Under the pieces are notes generated by a model. It saw nothing but the letters and a program-made list of their open reading frames with translations, was not told the DNA's origin and did not search any database. Positions 27,801 through 36,486 of a stretch of DNA of 64,000 nucleotides are shown here, piece by piece. The position numbers and the translations under genes are program-made. Each line of letters starts with the position of its first letter. The stretch's first letter is position 1. Location: contig JBGARZ010000006.1 in NCBI GenBank assembly GCA_044229975.1, forward strand, positions 491,890 to 555,889, given 5' to 3'. This DNA comes from Polyangiales bacterium (GTDB lineage: Bacteria > Myxococcota_A > Polyangia > Polyangiales > Ga0077539).

Positions 27801-28080
27801 TGTGGGCGAAGCCGTCGACGGTCTCGGCGCGCTCGATGAGCGCGGCGTCGTAGCGGGGCAGCACGGAGCGGGCGGCGGCCGAGAGGGTGAGCCGCTCGAC
27901 CTCGGGCGGGCTCAGCGACTCGGCGCTGAGCGCGAGCATCCAGCGGGTGAGGAAGGTCTCCCACGTCACGGTCATGGGCGCGACGGCGCTCGCCCGGTGG
28001 GACTCCCGCATCGCCCGTCGCAGCCTCTCGTCGAGGTGCCCGCGCGTTCCGACCACGTCGAGGAGGGACACCCCCGACAC
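24886..28080 (-). CDS. AddB/RexB-like protein: degenerate helicase scaffold + PD-(D/E)XK nuclease with four-Cys (Fe-S) staple
   Basis: EIAVVF, GRSFAAVVLPGLHEG, LERAARCGY, RGHLLHALLE, IRGRIDGVE..VEFKSG, FQLVVYA, CHFCQYRSLC. GTG start overlaps the upstream TAG. Confidence 0.85.
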   Translation of the reverse strand: MSGVSLLDVVGTRGHLDERLRRAMRESHRASAVAPMTVTWETFLTRWMLALSAESLSPPEVERLTLSAAARSVLPRYDAALIERAETVDGFAHTLDLLRRHEVTAHLVEESRAFTDDADEGTRTRLRALSELMADQDRRLAASDLHPAATLCTLLAQAVDEARTQRRSPASYGLPEVVRWWHALEVDPSRVTLAVSLARWLGAHGGRLDVHVICEPRRMQMPPALDRALRTLEAEESGLELRYGLRDPGGEAAAEALQRWLASLTDPSATMESALGEDVVALAEAQGPEDEGRWVASRVARWIAAGVGPHEIAVVFAGDDPETRRCVGQALDDARIPWSASQGAGLLSSPVTRALLGLPRMVARGAEREEVLRALAVLQGNAPRAGEPAPWRVSQALRTLGVESLFDTELGARFKHGRRHHPAVVTGAVVASIDALARDLWALAQDGTVAEHCDRLGRWIDRAGGDGRLVEESRAVMATADLDPGAQAILRALARDEAGVAGAAALLAELPSIARTAGRDGVMSAGEFGEVLLDLARSRLLPAEAPGGDGGVQLMDARDAAGRSFAAVVLPGLHEGAAGHRGEAALWGESERVAVAKARKVPLARGGGREESSRVLLAALATATKAVAASAARHDAGGRARAAAAFFGDLQRTSGVVVERVGADPLARSRRVPARGAERVLRSLAATRGATEGVSASLVAALKSVGERSAVEGRREAFFAKVDAPGDAYNGRVDHDVALRRHLELERWADARDPLDTTTLERAARCGYKAFALKVLRIDERPEVRETLDEKERGHLLHALLEAGQDALKDAAPSDPAGRWETVMAGLDEAGARFSLEVGQVDAALLDADTRAIRRQVELWLARRLGSPEGWTMLESEVGFGPKHRWPAVEIVMPGGPPVAIRGRIDGVERMGGVLRAVEFKSGRGDGYRKRLQQGVLETQFQLVVYAAALERARSVGLVGDADTRSVDGTYVGFRDLSEHGLRDALAKPRRRDEEPWDVDALIREGAAGVGRLGEAVRAVVVPLREGRFEPRPRDCHFCQYRSLCRVEAHDEPPDDEGAAAGGE

Positions 28081-28673
28081 TACTCGTCGACGGTGACCTG
28101 CGCCGCTTGCGAGGACTGGAAGGTTCCGAGCGAGCCGGGCGCGCGGAAGATGCTGCCGCACACCGCGAGGCCCGACTCGGGGTGCGGACGACACGTGAAC
28201 TCCGCCGGACACGGGACGCTCGTCGCCTGCGCGCACACCAGCGCGAGGCGCACCGGAACCGCGTAGGTGGTCCCGTCGACGAACGACGTCTCGGCCGCGG
28301 TGGTGAACACCTGGCTGTCCGAGGTGCGCGCCGTCAGCTCGATGCGGACGTGATCGTCGCTGCGTCGGCTGTCGACGATGCCGAGGCGAAACTCGCCGAG
28401 CCCCGCCGCTTCGCCCGGCATCGTGAGCCGCAGCGGAATCACCGGGGGCGGCGAGATGCCCACGGCGGGACAGTCGGCCCGCAGGAAGGTCTGATCGAAG
28501 GTGGGGATGGGGTCGGTGCCCCGGGTGATGCGAATCTGCACCCGGTCGAAGATGTTGCAGTCCGTGTCGGTGCTGACGACGAGCATCACCTGACGGCGGG
28601 AGAGCACGCAGCCCCCCGACGAGGCTACGGATACAGCCAACCCCAAGCCCAGAAGCACGGCGCGCGGTCCCAT
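28080..28673 (-). CDS. Hypothetical lipoprotein (myxobacterial type)
   Basis: Signal peptide with SGGC, QVMLVVSTD, C-terminal Cys cluster. Confidence 0.7.
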   Translation of the reverse strand: MGPRAVLLGLGLAVSVASSGGCVLSRRQVMLVVSTDTDCNIFDRVQIRITRGTDPIPTFDQTFLRADCPAVGISPPPVIPLRLTMPGEAAGLGEFRLGIVDSRRSDDHVRIELTARTSDSQVFTTAAETSFVDGTTYAVPVRLALVCAQATSVPCPAEFTCRPHPESGLAVCGSIFRAPGSLGTFQSSQAAQVTVDE

Positions 28674-28795
28674 CACGGGGCGGGACCGTAACCCCCAAAG
28701 GGATCGCAGGGCCAGGGGGTTGTCTGATGAAGCCAATGGACGATCGCTTGTCCGCTCTCCCCCGACGGGATACGGTGGCCACCGGGTCACACGCT

Positions 28796-31441
28796 ATGTC
28801 TGAGGCACGCTACGAGATCATCCGACAGCTCGCTTGTGGCGGCATGGCGGAGGTGTTGCTCGCCCGTCAAAACGCCGACGACGGGTCAGCCCGCCTCGTC
28901 GTGCTCAAGCGGGTGCTCGCGCACCTGTCGCAAAACGACGGCTTCCTGAAGATGTTCGCCCACGAGGCGCGCATCGCCTCGCAGCTCCGCCACCAGAACA
29001 TCGTTCAGGTGCTGGAGGTGGGCGAGGTCGAGGGCCTGCCCGTCATCGTCATGGAGCGCCTCGAAGGCGCCGACCTGCTGCGCCTGCTGCAACAGTGCGT
29101 GACGCGCCGCCAGAGCCTCGGCACCGCCGTGAGCATGGCCATCCTCGCGGGCGCCGCGCGGGGCCTCGGGTATGCCCACCGGGCGCGTTCCAGTGATGGG
29201 CGCGCGCTGCGTCTCGTGCACCGGGACATCTCCCCCCACAACGTCTTCATCACCCGCGACGGCGGCGTGAAGCTCCTCGATTTCGGCATCGCCAAGAGCG
29301 CCGCGCACGTCGGCCTCACCAGCACCGGCCAGGTCAAGGGCAAGATCTCGTACATGTCCCCGGAGCAGATCCGCTCGATGCCCATCGACGCGCGCTCCGA
29401 CCTCTGGTCGCTCGGCGTGGTGCTCTGGGAGACCCTCGCGGGCGAGAAGCTCTTCACCCGCGACAACGACGCGGCCACCCTCCACGCCATCCTCCACGAC
29501 CCGATTCCGCCGCTCAATCGCCGCGAAGCACCCGGGCTCGACGACCTCATCGCCCGCATCCTCCAGCGCGACCCGGCCGCCCGCGTCGGCACCGCCGAGG
29601 AGATCGCCGCCGCCCTCGAAGGCATGCTCGAATCGATGCGCGCCGGGCCCGCCGCGAAGATCGTCGCCCAGCGCGTCGCGTCGCTCGTTCCCGCGCTCAG
29701 CCCGGAGTTCGACCTCGCGCGCCCCTCCGCCGTCCCGTCCCACGAGGTGGTCACGCTCGCGGTGGGCCCCGCCGGGGCGCCGTCCGCGCCGAAACGTGCG
29801 CCGGGCATCTCGCCCTTCGCCGTCCCCGCCGCTGCACCGCCTCCGCCGCTGCCCGCCACCAACCGCTACGCCCAGGGCAACAACCCTCCGCCTGCTCGCG
29901 CCTACGACGACGACGTGGCCGTCGACGACGAGCCCACGCAGATGGACATGCCGACGACGTCGTCGATGCCACCGCCCGACGAGGAGACCACCCGCGCGGT
30001 GTCGCTCCCCACGGACGAGCAGACCGTCGAGCGGCCCTCCGTCGTGCCGCCGGGCCGCATGGCGCCGCCGGCGTCTCCGCCGCGCTCGTCGCAGACGCCG
30101 CGCCCGCCGGTGCTGCCGGGGCCCGCGCGCCCGCCCATCAATCCCCGCTCGCGCACGTCGACGGTCATGGGCACCGGGTCGCTCCCGCTGCCGTCCGCAC
30201 ACGGCGAGCTGGGGGATGACCCCGAGCCGTTGACCGCGCAGGTTCCGCGCCCGGCGACCATCGCGCCGCCGCGCAACGCCACGCCGATGATGATGGCGCC
30301 GATGCAGCCCATGGGCGCCATCCCCGCGCCGCTGTCCCCGTCGCTGCCGCCGGACGATCTGTTCGGGTCGATGCCCGGGCCCGACCAGGCTTCGCCCTCG
30401 CTCGCTCCGCCGTCGCTCACCCCGTCGTCGCCCAACGGGCTCCGGCCCGGCGTGTCATCGCCCTTCAACCACAACCCGCTCGCGGGCTTCGCGGCGCGAT
30501 CGCCCGACACCTTCGTCGCCGCCGAAATCGCCCGCCCCGCCCCGCCTCCGCCCCCGTCGCGCACGGGCCGCTGGATCGTCGCCACCGGCGCCCTCATGGT
30601 CGCCGTCTTCGCGGGCGTCGTGGTCAGCCAGCGCATGCGCGCCCCCGTCGCGCCGGTCGCCGCGACCGCCGCCCCGAGCGAGCCCATGCAGGTGGTGCAC
30701 GTGCCCGAGACGGCGCCGTCGCCGGTTCCGGCGCCCGCCCCCGCCCCCGAGCCACCGCCCGCCCCCGCCGTCGCCGCGGCCGAACCGCCTCCCGCGGCCG
30801 TCCCTGCGGAACCGGTTCCTGCGGCTGCGGCTGAGCCTGCCGCGGCGCCTGCGGAAGCCACCGCGCCTGCGCCGGTCGCCGTGGCGGCGCCCGCGGTCGC
30901 GCCTGCGCCCGTTGCTGCGCCCGCTCCCGTCGCTGCTCCTGCGCCGGTCGCTGTGGCTGCGCCGGTCGCTGCACCTGCGCCGGTCGCTGCACCTGCACCT
31001 GCGCCTGCGCCGGTCGCTGCGCCTGCTCCTGCTCCTGCTCCTGCTCCCGTCGCCGTGGCGGCGCGCGCCCCGACGCCCGCGCCCGCCGCCCGTCCTCGCG
31101 TGGTGCCGACGCCTGCTCCCGCGCGCCCCGTCGCGGCGTCCGCTCCCGCGCGCGTGGCCGCTGCCCCGGCGGCCGCCGCTCGTCCGGCGCCGCTCATGGA
31201 CCCCTTCGACACGACCACCGCTGCGCCCGCCAGGCCGCGTGCTCCGACGCCCGTCGCCGCGCCCGCTGCTCCGACTCGCGTCGCAGCCGCGCCCGTCACC
31301 CGCGCGCCCGCCACGCCGGTGCGCCGACCCAACGACCCCTTCGACAACGTCTACCGCGACCCCACCCAGCGGCGGCCCGCCCGCCCGGCGGCGCAGGCCC
31401 CGCCCTCCGCCCGAACGGGCGCCATCGCCACCGAGTTCTGA
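28796..31441 (+). CDS. Membrane Ser/Thr protein kinase with long Pro/Ala-rich tail
   Basis: GGMAEV, VVLK, HRDISPHN, DFG, GKISYMSPE; TM WIVATGALMVAVFAGVVV; AP repeats. Confidence 0.95.
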   Translation: MSEARYEIIRQLACGGMAEVLLARQNADDGSARLVVLKRVLAHLSQNDGFLKMFAHEARIASQLRHQNIVQVLEVGEVEGLPVIVMERLEGADLLRLLQQCVTRRQSLGTAVSMAILAGAARGLGYAHRARSSDGRALRLVHRDISPHNVFITRDGGVKLLDFGIAKSAAHVGLTSTGQVKGKISYMSPEQIRSMPIDARSDLWSLGVVLWETLAGEKLFTRDNDAATLHAILHDPIPPLNRREAPGLDDLIARILQRDPAARVGTAEEIAAALEGMLESMRAGPAAKIVAQRVASLVPALSPEFDLARPSAVPSHEVVTLAVGPAGAPSAPKRAPGISPFAVPAAAPPPPLPATNRYAQGNNPPPARAYDDDVAVDDEPTQMDMPTTSSMPPPDEETTRAVSLPTDEQTVERPSVVPPGRMAPPASPPRSSQTPRPPVLPGPARPPINPRSRTSTVMGTGSLPLPSAHGELGDDPEPLTAQVPRPATIAPPRNATPMMMAPMQPMGAIPAPLSPSLPPDDLFGSMPGPDQASPSLAPPSLTPSSPNGLRPGVSSPFNHNPLAGFAARSPDTFVAAEIARPAPPPPPSRTGRWIVATGALMVAVFAGVVVSQRMRAPVAPVAATAAPSEPMQVVHVPETAPSPVPAPAPAPEPPPAPAVAAAEPPPAAVPAEPVPAAAAEPAAAPAEATAPAPVAVAAPAVAPAPVAAPAPVAAPAPVAVAAPVAAPAPVAAPAPAPAPVAAPAPAPAPAPVAVAARAPTPAPAARPRVVPTPAPARPVAASAPARVAAAPAAAARPAPLMDPFDTTTAAPARPRAPTPVAAPAAPTRVAAAPVTRAPATPVRRPNDPFDNVYRDPTQRRPARPAAQAPPSARTGAIATEF

Positions 31442-31505
31442 CCCGCGCCGCGCGCGGTCCTTCCCTTCCCTTTCGGGGCGGAGCCTGCGTTAGCATCCGC
31501 GCACC

Positions 31506-32507
31506 ATGGGACCTCACCCACGACACGCCCTCGCGCTGGCGTTGCTGCTCGCCGCTCCGCTCGCGACCGCCCAGCCCCGCCGAACGCCGCAACCGCCGCC
31601 GCAAGAACAGACCTCCGACGAGCCGCCGGTGGACTCGTCCAACCCCACCGCCGCGTTTCAGCAGGCCGAGGCGCGCACCCACTTCCGCACCGGCGTCGAG
31701 CACTACCAGGCCCGGCGCTACACCGAAGCCATCGCGGAATTCCAGACGGCCCACCGGCTCTTCGCGTCGCCGACCATCTTGTTCAACCTCGCGCAGGCGT
31801 ACCGCTCCGACGGGCAGCTCTCGCTCTCCATCACCACGTTCCGTCGCTACCTCGACGAAAACCAGCGCCTCACGCCCACGCAGCGCGAAGACGTCGAAGG
31901 CGTCATCCGCGAGATCGAGACCTCCCGCGCCGTGCTCTCCTTCGAGGTCGAGCCGTCGGGCGTGTCCGTCACCCTCGATGGTCGCCCGCTCGGCACCACG
32001 CCGCTCCCGCGCGGCGTCGAGGTGCTCCCCGGCCCGCACGAGGTCGCCCTCTCGCTCGACCTCCACGAGCCGCTCACGCAGACCATCAACGTCCACGCCC
32101 ACGAGCGGCGGCTCTACCAGGCCAACCTCCACCCCGTGGAGCGCAACTCCCGCATCCAGGTCACCGTCGTCCCCGCCGAGACGGAGATCACCCTCGACGG
32201 CGCGCCCGCCGGCCGCGGCTCCCTCGACGAGCGCGTGCGACCGGGCGATCACCAGCTCACGTTCTCCTTGCCGGGCTACCTGCCGCGCAGCGAGCGCATG
32301 CACGTCGCGCCGCTCTCCGAGGAGACCCTGCGCGTCACCCTCGACGCCCGGCCGCGCAGCATCGTCACGCGTTGGTGGTTCTGGGCCGCCATCGGCGGAG
32401 CCATCGCGGTGGGCGCGACGCTCGCCGTGGTGCTCAACCCCATCGACCCGACGCCCATCCCCGGCAACGGCAACCCCCAGTACGTGCAGAGCGTCGTGAG
32501 CTGGTAG
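31506..32507 (+). CDS. TPR + tandem PEGA domain protein
   Basis: Signal peptide, ARTHFRTGVEHY..ILFNLAQAY, VTLDGRPLGTTPL..PGPHEV, RWWFW TM. Confidence 0.9.
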   Translation: MGPHPRHALALALLLAAPLATAQPRRTPQPPPQEQTSDEPPVDSSNPTAAFQQAEARTHFRTGVEHYQARRYTEAIAEFQTAHRLFASPTILFNLAQAYRSDGQLSLSITTFRRYLDENQRLTPTQREDVEGVIREIETSRAVLSFEVEPSGVSVTLDGRPLGTTPLPRGVEVLPGPHEVALSLDLHEPLTQTINVHAHERRLYQANLHPVERNSRIQVTVVPAETEITLDGAPAGRGSLDERVRPGDHQLTFSLPGYLPRSERMHVAPLSEETLRVTLDARPRSIVTRWWFWAAIGGAIAVGATLAVVLNPIDPTPIPGNGNPQYVQSVVSW

Positions 32508-32521
32508 GAGAGGGACCCTTC

Positions 32522-33997
32522 GTGTCCCTCGCCAACATGACCCAGGCGGAGATCCGCGCCCTCGGCGGTCTCGCTCTCGCGTGCGCCGGCGCCGACGAGT
32601 CCGCCCTCGGGATGCGCGCCCTCGCCTGGTACAACTCGCTGCTCTCGCTGGGCATCAATGTGCCGCTCCACGTGGTGCTCGACCTCGGCGCCGCGCTGCT
32701 CGGTGAGCGCGAGACCTTCACCGCCCCGCGTGAGATGCCCCGCATCCCGGAGGGCGTGCTGCCCACCGACCTCGCGATCATGATGCGCGACTACGCGGCG
32801 CTGCTCACCGAGGTCGCCCACACCGACATCGCCGAGAAGCTGAAGAAGTCCCGCATCGACGACGGCGTGCTCAGCACGTTGCTCACCCGCGCGCTCGGCC
32901 CCGTGGTCGACCGCTGGCGCGGCGGCAACCAGTTCGAGCCCGTTCCGGTCAACGCCGACGCGGTCACGCGCGCGATGCTCAACCTCCCGCAGGCGTGGGC
33001 CGCCGTCGATCGACGCCCCGAGCTGGAGTTCATCCGGCACATCCTCCAGCACCGGCTCAACCTCCTGCTGGGCATCGAGCAGATCGACCTCGACACCGTC
33101 GAACTCCTCGGCCTCATGGGCCAGGAAGGCTCCATGCCCGAGACCGAGCTCGTCGATCTGCTGTCGGTGTTCAACAGCCCCGAGGCCAACGACGTCGTCA
33201 ACTTCTCCCTCGACATCCTTCCGAGCGTCCTCGAGACGAAGCGCGGTGGAGGTCAGCAGGTGTTCGCCGTCGACGGCTACTCCGGCGTCGTCTCCAGCGG
33301 CTCGCTCGACTCGCTCTTCCTCAGCGAGCTCGCCTACGACGACGAGCTCTTCGAGCAGCGGTTTCTCGACAACCAGATGCTCTACTACGCCCACGAGGCG
33401 CAAGACCGACCGCCTCCGCGGAGCTACCAGATCCTCGTCGATGCGAGCGCGTCGATGCGCGGCGCGCGGGCGGTGTTCGCGCGGGGCCTGGCCATCGCGC
33501 TCGCCAAGCGCATGACCCTGCTGGGCTTCGAGGCGACGGTGCGCTTCTTCGACTCGCGGCTGTACGAGCCCATGCGACTGCGCCGCGGGCGCTCCGGGCT
33601 CCACGGGACGGGCTCGCTGCACGTCGCGGGCATCCTGGCGTTCAAGGGCGAGCGCGGGCGCAACTACGCGCGGGTGTTTTCGCAGCTCGCGGCGGAGATG
33701 GAGCGCCTGCGCGAGCGCTCGAGCGTCACCGTCTACATGATCACCCACGCCGAGTGCCACGTGCCCGTCGAGCTCATCCGCCGTGTGCGCGAGAGCGCCG
33801 AGCTGTGCGGCGTGTTCATGCTCCCCTCACGCGGAACGCTCGACCTCGAATACCTCCCCGCGCTCACGCTGCACGAGGTGGTGACCGACGCCGCGCTGCG
33901 CGACCGCTCCGAGCGCGCCAACCGGGCGCTGTCCATCGTCGAGCAGGCGTCGACGAAGACCCGCGAGCACGCGACCGCAAAGGACGACGAGAACTGA
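32522..33997 (+). CDS. vWA (MIDAS) domain protein, ViaA/MoxR-partner-like
   Basis: GYSGV..GSLDSLFLSELAYD..F....LYY segment followed by ILVDASASMRG (DxSxS); AGGAGAGG RBS. Confidence 0.75.
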   Translation: MSLANMTQAEIRALGGLALACAGADESALGMRALAWYNSLLSLGINVPLHVVLDLGAALLGERETFTAPREMPRIPEGVLPTDLAIMMRDYAALLTEVAHTDIAEKLKKSRIDDGVLSTLLTRALGPVVDRWRGGNQFEPVPVNADAVTRAMLNLPQAWAAVDRRPELEFIRHILQHRLNLLLGIEQIDLDTVELLGLMGQEGSMPETELVDLLSVFNSPEANDVVNFSLDILPSVLETKRGGGQQVFAVDGYSGVVSSGSLDSLFLSELAYDDELFEQRFLDNQMLYYAHEAQDRPPPRSYQILVDASASMRGARAVFARGLAIALAKRMTLLGFEATVRFFDSRLYEPMRLRRGRSGLHGTGSLHVAGILAFKGERGRNYARVFSQLAAEMERLRERSSVTVYMITHAECHVPVELIRRVRESAELCGVFMLPSRGTLDLEYLPALTLHEVVTDAALRDRSERANRALSIVEQASTKTREHATAKDDEN

Positions 33998-34000
33998 ACT

Positions 34001-34035
34001 TCGAGTTGCGACCTCGATATCGAGTTGCGACCTCG
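34001..34035. repeat. 16-bp direct repeat / imperfect dyad, candidate operator
   Basis: TCGAGTTGCGACCTCG at 34001-34016 and 34020-34035, centred on GATATC. Confidence 0.6.
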
Positions 34036-34046
34036 GGACGATCGTC

Positions 34047-35096
34047 GTGAGTCGAGGCGCCGCTCTCGCCTGTCTCGTCGGCACGCTGCTCGTCGCTACC
34101 AACGCAGCCGCGCAGACCCCCACCCCCACCGCGGTGCTGCGCTACGAGCGCAGCGACGATGCCGCCCAGTGCCCCGACGCCCAGGGCCTGCGCGACACCG
34201 TGGCCGCCCGACTCGGCTACGACCCGTTTCGCGACGCGGCGCCCACCACGGTGCACGCCACCATCACCCGCAACCGCCGACGACTGCGCGGCCGCGTCGA
34301 GGTCACCAACGCCGCGGGCGCCACCGTCGGAACCCGCGAGATCGAGTCCTCCCGTCGCGACTGCGCCGAGATCGCTTCGGCCATGGCCCTCGCCATCAGC
34401 ATCGTCATCGACCCGCTCAGCCTCACCCGCCCGCCGCCACCACCCGCGCCGGTCGTGCCACCATCGCCACCACCGCCGCCACCACCACCGCCCGTCGTCG
34501 TGGTCGAGCCCATCGCATCACCACCGCCACCGCCACCGCCGCCGATCGTCCGTCGCGCACCGCCGCCGCCGTCGCGTCGCCCCGCCGTCGAGGTCGCCCT
34601 CGGTGGTGGCGTCACGCTCGGTCACACGCCCGCTGCCACCGCCTCCGTCGCCGCCTCCGTCGCCCTCCGCTGGAACCTCGTCAGCCTCGCCCTCGAAGGC
34701 TCCCACGCCTTTCTGTCGTCGGCCGAGCTCGCGGGCGTCGGCGAGGTGCAGGCGTCGCTCGCCTCGGGGCGCATCGTTCCGTGCCTCAACCATCGATTCA
34801 GTCCGCGCTTCGAGGCTTCGGTCTGCGGTGTCCTCGCGTTGGGTGCGCTCAGCGCGACCGCCACCAGCGTCGACCTCGCCCGTCCCGCCGCGGCCTTCTA
34901 CGCGGCGGTGGGCGCACGGCTCGCGGGCCGCTTCGCGCTGTCGCCCCTCCTCGGGCTGCGCGCCCGCGTCGACCTGCTCGGAAACGTCACGCCCGTCAGC
35001 CTCCAGATTCGCGACGGCGGGCGTGAGCGCGTGGTCTGGTCGACCTCCACGGCGTCGCTCACGGCGGGCCTCGACCTGGTCGCGACGTTTCCGTGA
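34047..35096 (+). CDS. Secreted protein with poly-Pro linker and beta-strand C-terminus (ECF cassette component)
   Basis: Signal peptide, CPDAQGLRDTVAARLGYDPF, Pro runs, amphipathic strands. Confidence 0.8.
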   Translation: MSRGAALACLVGTLLVATNAAAQTPTPTAVLRYERSDDAAQCPDAQGLRDTVAARLGYDPFRDAAPTTVHATITRNRRRLRGRVEVTNAAGATVGTREIESSRRDCAEIASAMALAISIVIDPLSLTRPPPPPAPVVPPSPPPPPPPPPVVVVEPIASPPPPPPPPIVRRAPPPPSRRPAVEVALGGGVTLGHTPAATASVAASVALRWNLVSLALEGSHAFLSSAELAGVGEVQASLASGRIVPCLNHRFSPRFEASVCGVLALGALSATATSVDLARPAAAFYAAVGARLAGRFALSPLLGLRARVDLLGNVTPVSLQIRDGGRERVVWSTSTASLTAGLDLVATFP

Positions 35097-35119
35097 CGGA
35101 CCCAGCCACCTCGCGACAA
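35089..35119 (+). promoter_or_regulatory. Bipartite motif copy 1 (candidate ECF promoter)
   Basis: TTCCGTGACGGA-N8-CCTCGCGACAA. Confidence 0.6.
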
Positions 35120-35686
35120 ACGCCCCCTGTGAGCGCGGCCATCGCCCACTCCCCGACGACCCAGCCAGGCCCCGTGGGGCTCGATTTCCGCACGATCTTC
35201 GAGACCGAGTTCGAGTACGTGTGGCACTCGCTGCGCCGCCTCGGCGTGCGCGAACGCGACGTCGACGACGTCACCCACGACACCTTCATCGTCGTGTACC
35301 GCACCCTCGATCAGTACGACCCGGGCCGCCCGCTCCGACCGTGGCTCTTCGGCATCGCCACCCGCCACGCGGCCAACTACCGGCGTCGCGCCCACCACCG
35401 CGGCGACGTCATGGAACCCACCACCGAGGTCGCCGACCAGTCCCGCGGCGCCGACGAGGCCCTCGCGTCGCGACAGGCCACCGACCTCGTGCAGGCCGCG
35501 CTCGACACGCTCGACGACGACCGCCGCAACGTCTTCGTCCTCCACGAGCTCGACGGAACCTCCGTCCCCGACATCGCCGCCGCCCTGTCGATCCCATTGA
35601 ACACGGCCTACTCCCGGCTCCGCCTCGCGCGCGAACACTTCAGCGCCGCCGTCCGGAGACTCCGCGCCGCGCGAGGTGAGCGATGA
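35093..35686 (+). CDS. ECF sigma-70 factor
   Basis: Region 2 YVWHSLRRLGV..DDVTHDTF..PWLFGIA; region 4 VFVLHELDG..IAAALSIPLNTAYSRLRLAR. True start may be GTG 35129. Confidence 0.95.
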   Translation: MTDPATSRQTPPVSAAIAHSPTTQPGPVGLDFRTIFETEFEYVWHSLRRLGVRERDVDDVTHDTFIVVYRTLDQYDPGRPLRPWLFGIATRHAANYRRRAHHRGDVMEPTTEVADQSRGADEALASRQATDLVQAALDTLDDDRRNVFVLHELDGTSVPDIAAALSIPLNTAYSRLRLAREHFSAAVRRLRAARGER

Positions 35687-36402
35687 GCCACGACCACGAT
35701 CACCTCTCCCCCGATGTGCAGGCGCTGGTCGACGAGGCCCGCGCGCTGCCCCGCGTCCCGGTCTCCTCGCGCGACGCCGTCCGTCAGCGGCTCGCCGCCT
35801 CGCTGGCCGTCCCGCTCGTGGCGCCGCCCGCACCCGCACCCGCACCGTCTTCCCTCGCGGCGCTCCGCTCGCCCTTCACGCTCGCCACCTTCGTCGTCGG
35901 CGCGCTCTCTGGCGCCGCGGCGTACCGCGCCCTCGCACCGCGGCCCGCGCCCGTCACCGTCGTTCGCGTGGTGCAGGCCGCGCCTCCGGTCGTCGCGCCG
36001 CCCGTCATCGAGACGCCGGTGGTCGCCCAGGTTGCGCCGACGGTCGATGTGCCTGCGGCTGTTGCGCCGGCGGTGGTCGCGGCGGATGTTCCTACGCACT
36101 CGCGCGGCGGCGCCCACGAGTCCGACGAGGAGTCGCTCGGCAACGAGCGCGCGGTGCTGGAGCTCGCCCGCACCAACCTCGCGCACGGACGGTCGTCGGC
36201 CGCCATCGAAGCGCTCGAACGCCACGCCCGTCGCTTTCCCCACGGTCGGCTCGGTCCCGAGCGTGAGAGCACCTGGGTGCAGGCGTTGGTGTCGGCGGGT
36301 CGCTACGACTCGGCGCGCGAACACGCCGCGCGTTTTCGGCGGGCGTATCCGGGGAGCATGTTCCAATCGGTGGTCGACGCGGCGCTGCGTGAGATTCCGT
36401 GA
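35683..36402 (+). CDS. Putative anti-sigma factor (TM + C-terminal TPR-like domain)
   Basis: ATGA overlap with the sigma gene; TM; ERAVLELAR..HARRFPHGRLGPERE..FRRAYPGS. Confidence 0.75.
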   Translation: MSHDHDHLSPDVQALVDEARALPRVPVSSRDAVRQRLAASLAVPLVAPPAPAPAPSSLAALRSPFTLATFVVGALSGAAAYRALAPRPAPVTVVRVVQAAPPVVAPPVIETPVVAQVAPTVDVPAAVAPAVVAADVPTHSRGGAHESDEESLGNERAVLELARTNLAHGRSSAAIEALERHARRFPHGRLGPERESTWVQALVSAGRYDSAREHAARFRRAYPGSMFQSVVDAALREIP

Positions 36403-36424
36403 CGGAACCCCCTCCTCGCGACAA
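36395..36424 (+). promoter_or_regulatory. Bipartite motif copy 2 (candidate ECF promoter)
   Basis: TTCCGTGACGGA-N7-CCTCGCGACAA, 62 nt before ATG 36487. Confidence 0.6.
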
Positions 36425-36486
36425 TCGATAGTCAGCGGGTCGACGCCCACCGCATCACGCGGCGGGCGCCCGAAGGGAACAACATC

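Noticed and set aside
28081..28782. N-terminal extension making the nuclease 1298 aa
   Set aside because: Overlaps a better lipoprotein ORF in another frame; the real start is near 28080.
30880..31060. GCACCT/GCTCCT-type tandem repeats
   Set aside because: Encode the Ala-Pro linker of a kinase; common low complexity.
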